From assembly GCA_964649625.1 (NCBI GenBank), contig CAZYRJ010000002.1, positions 1 to 42,455 on the forward strand: a DNA stretch of 42,455 nucleotides, read 5' to 3'. The notes below the pieces were generated by a model. That model saw nothing but the letters and a program-made list of their open reading frames with translations. It did no database searches and was not told the origin of the DNA. The DNA is from an uncultured Candidatus Saccharibacteria bacterium. GTDB lineage: Bacteria; Patescibacteriota; Minisyncoccia; Phycocordibacterales; 2-02-FULL-43-11. A program made the position numbers and the translations under genes. This document shows, piece after piece, positions 8,507-14,547 of this stretch (position 1 is the first letter of the stretch; every line of letters starts with the position of its first letter).

Positions 8507-8563
8507 TAGGCGCTAGGCCTTAGGCCCTAGGCGCTAGGAATATTCCTAGAGCCTAAAGCCTGG
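8507..8563. repeat. CTAG-rich heptamer array forming an imperfect hairpin
   Basis: TAGGCGC TAGGCCT TAGGCCC TAGGCGC TAGG, then AATATT, then CCTAGAG CCTAAAG CCTGG. Four direct TAGGCNN units face inverted CCTARAG units. The array ends 9 nt before the rpsK ATG. Confidence 0.75.
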
Positions 8564-8572
8564 ATCAAATAA

Positions 8573-8998
8573 ATGGGTAAGAAACGTTTAGTTACAACAG
8601 ATAGTCAGGAGGAAGGAGCCAAAAAAGTCTCGGGCGCGTCGCGTCGGAGGACTCTTTCGTACGGTACATTATATGTTCGTTCGACATACAATAATACGGC
8701 TCTCTCCATTGCCGATGAGAAAGGCAATATCGTTCTTTGGTCATCAAGCGGCGCGTTGGGTTTCAAGGGTGCAAAAAAAGGCACTCCTTTTGCCGCTGCC
8801 AAGGTGGGGGAGGCGCTCGCCGAGAAGGCTGGTCTGCTCGGCTTGAAGGAAATTTCTGTCGTTGTCTCCGGCGTTGGTTCTGGCCGGGAGTCGGCCATCA
8901 GAGGATTTATTTCCAAAGGCGTTAGCGTCCGAAAGATCAAGGATGCCACGCCTGTGCCGCATAACGGTCCCCGCGCCCCAAAGCCCCGCAGAGTTTAG
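8573..8998 (+). CDS. rpsK: 30S ribosomal protein S11
   Basis: 141 aa. S11 core: ..NNT...I.D..GN...W.S.G..GFKG.KK.TPFAA.... Confidence 0.94.
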   Translation: MGKKRLVTTDSQEEGAKKVSGASRRRTLSYGTLYVRSTYNNTALSIADEKGNIVLWSSSGALGFKGAKKGTPFAAAKVGEALAEKAGLLGLKEISVVVSGVGSGRESAIRGFISKGVSVRKIKDATPVPHNGPRAPKPRRV

Positions 8999-9003
8999 AA
9001 TAA

Positions 9004-9032
9004 ATGCAAAAATGCAAATATCAAGATGCAAA
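9004..9032 (+). repeat. Three ATGCAAA copies
   Basis: ATGCAAA at 9004-9010, 9012-9018 and 9026-9032, just after the rpsK stop. Confidence 0.6.
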
Positions 9033-9036
9033 ATGA

Positions 9037-9062
9037 CCTGTCTGCGTGCGTACACGCACAGG
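9037..9062. other. GC hairpin related to the 7893-7912 palindrome
   Basis: CCTGT-CT-GCGTG-CGTA-CACGC-ACAGG, a 10-bp stem with a 2-nt bulge. It shares the CCTGYCTGCG opening with the hairpin after infA. Confidence 0.55.
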
Positions 9063-9084
9063 CAAACAATGAAAAATGGAGAAA

Positions 9085-9157
9085 TTTTAGGATGAATTTA
9101 ATTTTGAATGTTAAGTTGTAATTTTAATTTTTGATGTTTTAATTTTAAATTTTTAAC
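9085..9157 (+). repeat. Very A+T-rich tract with reiterated TAATTTT(T)GA(A)TGTT / AATTTTAA units
   Basis: ..TAATTTTGAATGTT..TAATTTTAATTTTTGATGTTTTAATTTTAAATTTTT.., directly upstream of the rpsD GTG start. Confidence 0.55.
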
Positions 9158-9763
9158 GTGCAAATCAAATCAAAGTATAAAATTGCCCGAAGGCTCGGTC
9201 CGTCCGTTTTTGAAAAAACGCAGACCCAGAAATATGCCGCTCGGGCCAGCCGGAAGAAAGAGCCGCGGGGTATGCGCGGGATGACCGACTTTGGAAAAGC
9301 CTTACTCGAAAAACAAAGGGCTCGCTTCACTTATCTTATAAACGAGCGCCAGTTCAAGAGGTACGCCGAAAATGCAAATGCCGAGTCCAAGAAGAAACCC
9401 GAGGAGAGCCTTTTTGAAAAACTTGAAACACGGCTCGATAATACCGTCTATCGGATGGGCTTGGCCTCGACAAGATTGGCGGCTCGCCAGATGGTCAATC
9501 ACGGCCACATCCTAGTCAACGGCAGACGCGTTTCAATCCCTTCAGCCAAAGCCGAGGTTAACGATATCATTGCCATAGCGGCACGCAGCCGCGGTTCTAA
9601 ACTATTTGCCGGTCTCGTTGAAAAGGCGAAAGAATATAAACAGCCGGAGTGGGTCACGTTTGATATAGCGAAGTTCGAAGGCAAGGTTCTTTCTACACCG
9701 AAGCTCACGCCGACGGAACTGGCCTTCGATATTGCCGCCATTTTGGATTTCTATAAGAGATAG
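9158..9763 (+). CDS. rpsD: 30S ribosomal protein S4
   Basis: 201 aa with a GTG start. The S4 domain motif is RLDN.VYR.GLA.TR..ARQ.V.HGHI.VNG..V..PS. Confidence 0.9.
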   Translation: MQIKSKYKIARRLGPSVFEKTQTQKYAARASRKKEPRGMRGMTDFGKALLEKQRARFTYLINERQFKRYAENANAESKKKPEESLFEKLETRLDNTVYRMGLASTRLAARQMVNHGHILVNGRRVSIPSAKAEVNDIIAIAARSRGSKLFAGLVEKAKEYKQPEWVTFDIAKFEGKVLSTPKLTPTELAFDIAAILDFYKR

Positions 9764-9794
9764 ATTTATTAGTAGTTATCTTTTTGGTCATAAC

Positions 9795-10766
9795 ATGCCC
9801 GAAACAAAAATTGTACTGCCGTCCAAACCGCGCATCGTCAAGGAGGAGGAGAATTCCGCCACCTTTGAGATTGATGGACTTTATCCCGGTTACGGACATA
9901 CGCTCGGCAATTCTCTTCGCCGAATAATCCTTTCATCTCTTCCGGGCGTTGCCCCGACGGGCGTCAAGATCGATGGCGTCAATCACGAGTTCTCTACGGT
10001 TACGGGCGTGAAAGAGGATGTTATCCAGATAATTTTGAATCTCAAGAGGGTCATTATGAAGACCACGGCCGAAGGTGCTCAGACGCTCCGATTGAAAGTT
10101 AAGGGTACTAAAGACGTATCGGCTGGCGATCTTGAAGTTCCCGGCCAGATATCGATTTTGAACCCTGAACAGCACATAGCTACGCTAACCGACAAGAACG
10201 CCGCGTTAGATATCGAGATCACAGTCGAGGAAGGTCTTGGGTACGTATCGAAGGAGGCCCTCCGAAAAGATAAGGTCGCCATAGGCGATATCGCGCTCGA
10301 TGCCAGCTTTACGCCTATCCGCCGCGTCAATTACGAGGTGGAGAACATGCGCGTAGGCAACAGAACTGATTTCAACCGGTTGCGCCTTCATATCGAAACT
10401 AACGGTACGCTAACCGCGAAAGAAGCTCTGGAGCGCTCCATCAGGATAATGATCGATCAGCTCAAGGCTGTCGTTGGCTTCGAAGAGCCGATTATGGTCG
10501 CCGCCGAGCCCGAAAAGAACGATGCGCCGATCAAGCCGAAGGAAGAGGTCAGAAAAGAGATCGATCCGGAGATCCTAAAGACGCGCGTCGAAGCTTTGCA
10601 GTTGTCTTTGCGCACTCAAAATGCGTTGAACAACGCGAACATCCGGACTGTGGGCGGGCTAGCGAGAAAAAGCGAGGAAGATATTTTGGACATCGACGGC
10701 CTCGGTACCAAAGGCGTTCAGGAAATTAAGAAAGTATTGTCGGAACTCGGCATTAATCTTAAATAA
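9795..10766 (+). CDS. rpoA: DNA-directed RNA polymerase subunit alpha
   Basis: The ATG at 9795 (MPETKIV..) was chosen inside track ORF 9732..10766. NTD motif GYGHTLGNSLRRIILSSLPG and a C-terminal helix-hairpin-helix alpha-CTD (LSLRTQNALNNANIRTVGGL) are present. Confidence 0.92.
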   Translation: MPETKIVLPSKPRIVKEEENSATFEIDGLYPGYGHTLGNSLRRIILSSLPGVAPTGVKIDGVNHEFSTVTGVKEDVIQIILNLKRVIMKTTAEGAQTLRLKVKGTKDVSAGDLEVPGQISILNPEQHIATLTDKNAALDIEITVEEGLGYVSKEALRKDKVAIGDIALDASFTPIRRVNYEVENMRVGNRTDFNRLRLHIETNGTLTAKEALERSIRIMIDQLKAVVGFEEPIMVAAEPEKNDAPIKPKEEVRKEIDPEILKTRVEALQLSLRTQNALNNANIRTVGGLARKSEEDILDIDGLGTKGVQEIKKVLSELGINLK

Positions 10767-10780
10767 CGGGCATTTGGCTT

Positions 10781-10841
10781 TAGGCACTAGGCACTGGAAA
10801 ACAATCCTAACCTAGAGCCTAGAACCTAGAGCCTAGAACCT
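10781..10841. repeat. Second CTAG-rich heptamer array
   Basis: TAGGCAC TAGGCAC TGG, then AAAACAAT, then CCTAA CCTAGAG CCTAGAA CCTAGAG CCTAGAA CCT. The array abuts the rplQ ATG at 10842. Confidence 0.75.
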
Positions 10842-11189
10842 ATGAGATCAAAGTCAGCGAGAAAATTTGGGAGGGAAAATAAGGGGAGAAAGGCCCTGCT
10901 CCGGTCTTTGGTTATTGCCTTGTTCGAAAAGGGGGCGATAACGACTACCGTTGCAAAAGCCAAGGAGACCAGGCCGATCGCCGAAAAACTCATCACTTTG
11001 GGTAAGCGCGGCACTCTAGCTGATAAGCGCCTTATCGCCTCGAGACTCTCGCCTTTGTTAGTCAAAAAAGTTTGCAATGACATAGCTCCGACCTATAAGG
11101 ACCGACAGGGCGGTTACAGCCGCATTGTGAAGCTCGGCGTTCGAAAGAGCGACGGCGCTCCTATGGCTCGGATAATGCTCGTAAAATAA
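10842..11189 (+). CDS. rplQ: 50S ribosomal protein L17
   Basis: 115 aa. The pattern is ..R.LGR....R.ALLR.L...L.....I.TT..KAKE.RP..EKLITL.K. Confidence 0.92.
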   Translation: MRSKSARKFGRENKGRKALLRSLVIALFEKGAITTTVAKAKETRPIAEKLITLGKRGTLADKRLIASRLSPLLVKKVCNDIAPTYKDRQGGYSRIVKLGVRKSDGAPMARIMLVK

Positions 11190-11218
11190 TTGTAAAAACC
11201 TTTCCAATCGGTTAATAT
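11190..11218 (+). promoter_or_regulatory. Promoter of rplM-rpsI
   Basis: TTGTAA (11190-11195), 17-nt spacer, TAATAT (11213-11218). The ATG lies 9 nt downstream with no SD. Confidence 0.5.
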
Positions 11219-11227
11219 CGACATTCA

Positions 11228-11572
11228 ATGAAATACACGATCGACGCAGAGAATAAAGTTTTAGGGAGGATCGCCTCGGAGGCGGCCTGGGCTTTGCTTG
11301 GTAAAAATACTCCCGATTTCCAGAAGAACACCGTCGCTCAGGTTAATGTCGAGATCGTCAATGCCGGAAAAATGATCCTGCCGGAGAAAAAAATGGCCTC
11401 CGAGAAATATGCTTCGCATTCCGGCTATCCGGGCAGTCAAAAATTTACCACGAGACAGCAAGTCGTGGATAAGCACGGTATTGAGGGACTTCTTCGCAGA
11501 ACCGTTTACAAAATGCTTCCCAAAAATAAGCTTCAGGATATTCGCATAAAATCTTTGAAGGTCATCAAATAA
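11228..11572 (+). CDS. rplM: 50S ribosomal protein L13 (compact)
   Basis: 114 aa. The pattern ..IDA..KVLGRIAS.AA..L.GK..P.F.....V.V.I.NA.K, together with the adjacent rpsI, matches the conserved rplM-rpsI pair. Confidence 0.88.
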   Translation: MKYTIDAENKVLGRIASEAAWALLGKNTPDFQKNTVAQVNVEIVNAGKMILPEKKMASEKYASHSGYPGSQKFTTRQQVVDKHGIEGLLRRTVYKMLPKNKLQDIRIKSLKVIK

Positions 11573-11575
11573 AAC

Positions 11576-11986
11576 ATGCCCCCTAAACCAGCAACAAAAC
11601 AATATCTAAGAGCGATCGGCCGCAGGAATACGGCAACTACCTCAGGCCGCCTTAATCCGGCGACGAAAATGTCCTTTTCGTTGAACGGCAAGACCCTGGA
11701 GCAGTATTTTGGTACAGCCAATTTGCGGAGGATCGCGGAGGATGCGTTTAAAACCTCAAAGGTGGAAGGGTTCTATAACATCACGGCTATGATCAATGGC
11801 GGCGGCATCGTCGCTCAAGCCGAGGCTCTTCGGCACGGCATTTCAAGGGCCCTTCTCTTACAGGATGCGGATCTTCGCAAGAAGCTCAAGAAAGCCGGAT
11901 TCCTCAAGCGCGACCCCAGAATGAAAGAACGCCGCAAGTTTGGTTTGAAGAAAGCGAGGAAGGCTCCCCAATGGAGTAAGAGGTAA
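11576..11986 (+). CDS. rpsI: 30S ribosomal protein S9
   Basis: 136 aa. The S9 C-terminus is GGG...QA.A.RHGISRAL......LR..LK.AGFL.RD.R.KERKK.G..KARK.PQ.SKR. Confidence 0.93.
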   Translation: MPPKPATKQYLRAIGRRNTATTSGRLNPATKMSFSLNGKTLEQYFGTANLRRIAEDAFKTSKVEGFYNITAMINGGGIVAQAEALRHGISRALLLQDADLRKKLKKAGFLKRDPRMKERRKFGLKKARKAPQWSKR

Positions 11987-12010
11987 TTTCGACAATTTCC
12001 GCTCGATATC

Positions 12011-12110
12011 GGATTTGGACACACGTTTACGATAGCCTTCCGAAGTCCCGTACTGAAGTAATCTTCTGGTACTGGGACGAGAAAGATTCCCTCAGTGGAG
12101 TAAAAGATAA
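12011..12110 (+). pseudogene. Frameshifted relic of an rpsI (S9) 3' end
   Basis: 12090-12110 reads CCT CAG TGG AGT AAA AGA TAA (PQWSKR-stop). This matches the last 7 codons of rpsI (11966-11986) at 17/21 nt, and all four differences fall at third codon positions. Upstream, in another frame, GF...RSPVLK weakly echoes GFLKRDPRMK. The strong terminator follows the relic, not the intact gene. Confidence 0.55.
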
Positions 12111-12115
12111 AATAA

Positions 12116-12147
12116 ACTGCCCGGTCAAAGCCGGGCAGTTTTCTTTT
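12116..12147 (+). terminator. Rho-independent terminator
   Basis: 9-bp stem ACTGCCCGG (12116-12124) / CCGGGCAGT (12131-12139), followed by TTTCTTTT. Confidence 0.8.
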
Positions 12148-12170
12148 GATTCTGTGAAAAAACTTCGTTA

Positions 12171-12199
12171 TTGACGTTATCGTATAAACGTAGTATCAT
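12171..12199 (+). promoter_or_regulatory. Sigma70-like promoter of the 12273 orphan
   Basis: TTGACG (12171-12176), 17-nt spacer, TATCAT (12194-12199). Confidence 0.55.
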
Positions 12200-12272
12200 A
12201 AATGCGGATCAACAACACACTGGTTGGAACCAGAAATCGTTGTTTGATAACTGAAAAAAGGATACAACTCAA

Positions 12273-12941
12273 ATGGGTAAACCATCCTCTGTCTCTACTG
12301 GCTCTGCTCTCAATTTTGGAGCAGAGATGTTGAAGGTTCTGTCGCCAATCGTTCGCGAGATGTCACAAGGAGACATCGACTTCTGGAAGAAGAACCCGCG
12401 ACGCCTTCAATCAGAAGTACGTGCCCTACTCTTGACTAGCCGTCCGGAGATAGACCTCTGTTACCACACGAATGACTCGGTTATCCAGCCAGTGCTGAGT
12501 GAACTCGTTCCTGGAGTCAAGCCCATTAAGCTCAAGCCAGGTGCTTCGTTCGTTATCGGCTCACGGTGGCTACAAGACGCGGGTGACGAAACAGTGTTTT
12601 CGGTTGCCGTCTTAGTTTACGCAAACAACGAACGCGTAGATAACTGCGCGCAAGTCAACTTTGAGCAGACGTTCAATCCCACGGCTATCAAACTGCCGGA
12701 CATCCGAATCTCGCTTCGAAATTTGTTCGACTCACGACATGGCCAAGGTCGCACTGATTCGTTTAAAACAAGTATGGAGCTGATTGTTGAGATGCTCTTT
12801 GCTCGTTACGGTACTTTGCACGTATACCGTGCTGAATCGGCCACAGAGTCGCCAACACTCGAATTTGAGCTCCAATATGGTACATGGTTGGACTCCGCCC
12901 AGGTCTCATCCGAAGGATTTGAAGACGTATTTATCCTCTAG
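12273..12941 (+). CDS. Hypothetical protein (orphan)
   Basis: 222-aa ORF with AAGGA 10 nt upstream of the ATG. It has its own promoter and terminator. No motif recognised. Confidence 0.6.
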   Translation: MGKPSSVSTGSALNFGAEMLKVLSPIVREMSQGDIDFWKKNPRRLQSEVRALLLTSRPEIDLCYHTNDSVIQPVLSELVPGVKPIKLKPGASFVIGSRWLQDAGDETVFSVAVLVYANNERVDNCAQVNFEQTFNPTAIKLPDIRISLRNLFDSRHGQGRTDSFKTSMELIVEMLFARYGTLHVYRAESATESPTLEFELQYGTWLDSAQVSSEGFEDVFIL

Positions 12942-12961
12942 TTTACAAAATTTCCCTCAAG

Positions 12962-12988
12962 GCCGATACATTAAGTGTCGGCTTTTTC
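12962..12988 (+). terminator. Rho-independent terminator
   Basis: GCCGATA (12962-12968) / TGTCGGC (12976-12982), with one G-U pair, then TTTTT. Confidence 0.6.
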
Positions 12989-13030
12989 TAAGTCCAAATT
13001 GACCGAAAGCGATCCATCGCAGCTTTTTCA

Positions 13031-13066
13031 GTTGCAATATACTCACGGCCGTGAATATATTGCAAC
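13031..13066. promoter_or_regulatory. 36-bp near-perfect palindrome (candidate operator)
   Basis: GTTGCAATATACTCACGG|CCGTGAATATATTGCAAC has one mismatch between its arms. Its core TCACGGCCGTGA is a perfect 12-mer palindrome. The right arm overlaps the -35 of the downstream promoter. Confidence 0.65.
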
Positions 13067-13088
13067 TGTTTATGATAGAGAATACAAT
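13060..13088 (+). promoter_or_regulatory. Promoter of the PaaX-like gene
   Basis: TTGCAA (13060-13065), 17-nt spacer, TACAAT (13083-13088). The ATG at 13099 lies 10 nt downstream. Confidence 0.55.
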
Positions 13089-13098
13089 TTGTACTAAG

Positions 13099-13671
13099 AT
13101 GGAAAGAGAATTAAAAAATGCTTTAAGGAGAAAGAAAATTCAAAAGGCAATACTATACAGCTTAGCGGCAGCTGGGATGATGAGCGTTGCCGTTATGGTA
13201 CCAAATGCCTTGCAGATGCTGAAATTGTTTGACAAGCGCGTAATTAAGGATGGCAGAAAATACAACTTAGATAGATCACTTGATCGATTGCTATATCAGG
13301 GGCTGGTCAGATTTGAGAGAAATGCACATGGTAAATTTCTTCAATTAACACCTCAGGGTAATAGAGAGGTCGTTTATATCAAGCTGAACGAAAAGTTGAG
13401 AAATGATGTGAAAAAATGGGACGGGAAGTGGCGAGTTATTATTTTTGATATAAAAGAAGTTCGGCGAAGTGTACGGGACCAAATTCGGCATACGCTTAAA
13501 ACATTGGGTTTTATCAAATTGCAGCAAAGCGTATGGGTTTACCCTTATGATTGCGAAGATTTCATCACCTTATTAAAACTAGACGCTCGGGTCGGAATGC
13601 AGCTGATTTATATGATTGTCGAAAAGATAGAAAATGATAAAAAACTTCGCACTGTATTTGGGCTTAAATAA
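13099..13671 (+). CDS. PaaX-family-like / Cas2-fold-like putative transcriptional regulator
   Basis: The start was set at MERELKN inside track ORF 13051..13671. The N-terminal part looks like a winged helix (..LDRLLYQGLVRFERNAHGKFLQLTPQGNRE). The C-terminal part, WDGKWRVIIFDIKEVRRSVRDQIRHTLKTLGFIKLQQSVWVYP, resembles the PaaX C-terminal / Cas2-like ferredoxin-fold pattern. By eye the gene is richer in A+T than its neighbours. Confidence 0.55.
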   Translation: MERELKNALRRKKIQKAILYSLAAAGMMSVAVMVPNALQMLKLFDKRVIKDGRKYNLDRSLDRLLYQGLVRFERNAHGKFLQLTPQGNREVVYIKLNEKLRNDVKKWDGKWRVIIFDIKEVRRSVRDQIRHTLKTLGFIKLQQSVWVYPYDCEDFITLLKLDARVGMQLIYMIVEKIENDKKLRTVFGLK

Positions 13672-13695
13672 TATTCTTGTAGGTTTACCTAATGT

Positions 13696-13719
13696 TCACG
13701 GCCGTGCACATATTGCAAT
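13696..13719. repeat. Second, partial copy of the palindrome half-site
   Basis: TCACGGCCGTGCACATATTGCAAT matches 13043-13066 (TCACGGCCGTGAATATATTGCAAC) at 21 of 24 positions. The two copies are direct repeats flanking the PaaX-like gene. Confidence 0.65.
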
Positions 13720-13779
13720 GATTTGAAAAGGTGAACATCATTCCTGTCATGTATGATATGTAGCGTATGTATCAGGGAA

Positions 13780-13820
13780 CAATATTATCCTTGCTGGGAG
13801 CACAAGGAGTGCTAATATTG
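13780..13820. terminator. Hairpin between convergent genes (possible terminator)
   Basis: Outer arms CAATATTA / TAATATTG enclose inner arms TCCTTG / CAAGGA. The hairpin starts 5 nt beyond the stop of the minus-strand exonuclease gene. The T-tract is weak. Confidence 0.35.
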
Positions 13821-13825
13821 CCACT

Positions 13826-14401
13826 TTAAAAAGGCAGAGTGTGAGTCAAAACCGCTTCCGGTTTGGCTTCCCACTGCGAAGTATTGAGAGGGATTTCCTT
13901 TAAAACTTTGCCGTCTCTGTATTTCAAGTGGCCGTTCTTCATGGCGTAATCGTAAATATCTTTCGTTATCCTGACGTCTTCGATGCAATAATCGCGGACC
14001 TTTTCGTGCAGACCGTCTTTCCACCAGCGGGCCGCCAGAAGGCCATCGGCTGTCTTTTTTCGGCCGAGCGTCGCTTCGGCCAATGTGTCGAGCTTTATCC
14101 GCCGTCCCAAGCTTTTTTTTACTTCTTTCAAAATGTCGACACTTTTGATCTTAGTGAGGTCGCCCGAATAGTATTTATCCAACAGGGGAATGTCGAAATG
14201 ATCGGAATTGAATCCTATCAGTATGTCCGTTTTTTCGAGCAACGGCCAGAGCTTTCCAAGATCCTTCTCAAAGTAGCTCGTGTAGGCATCTGTCATCGAG
14301 TCATGGATACAGACCACGGCAATGTCCAACGAGGCCGGGTCGTTCGAGCCGGTTTCGTCAAAAAAGTTCTTTGTTTCGATATCGAATACTATTTTGCGCA
14401 C
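13826..14401 (-). CDS. DEDD-superfamily 3'-5' exonuclease (RNase H fold, PolB-exo/YprB-like)
   Basis: 191 aa with a GTG start. ExoI is FDIET, ExoII is GFNSDHFDIPLL and ExoIII is YCIEDVRITKDIY. Confidence 0.65.
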   Translation of the reverse strand: MRKIVFDIETKNFFDETGSNDPASLDIAVVCIHDSMTDAYTSYFEKDLGKLWPLLEKTDILIGFNSDHFDIPLLDKYYSGDLTKIKSVDILKEVKKSLGRRIKLDTLAEATLGRKKTADGLLAARWWKDGLHEKVRDYCIEDVRITKDIYDYAMKNGHLKYRDGKVLKEIPLNTSQWEAKPEAVLTHTLPF

Positions 14402-14547
14402 TTTAGTATTTCTATGGGTAAACCCGATCTGACTTCAAAGTCTTGTACTAAAAGTAATTTTTATTACCTAATCAATTCCCGAACCGGAAAATTTTTACAT
14501 CAGGATTTGACTTTTTGGGATTTCATTAGAAATTTAGATCAATTAGG

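Noticed and set aside
8507-10841. Whether the reiterated CTAG heptamers represent a CRISPR array or a MITE.
   Set aside because: The units are 7 nt and contiguous, with no spacers, so they are far from CRISPR repeat-spacer geometry. I see no terminal inverted repeats with target-site duplications and no cas genes. They are reported as operon-spacer repeats instead.
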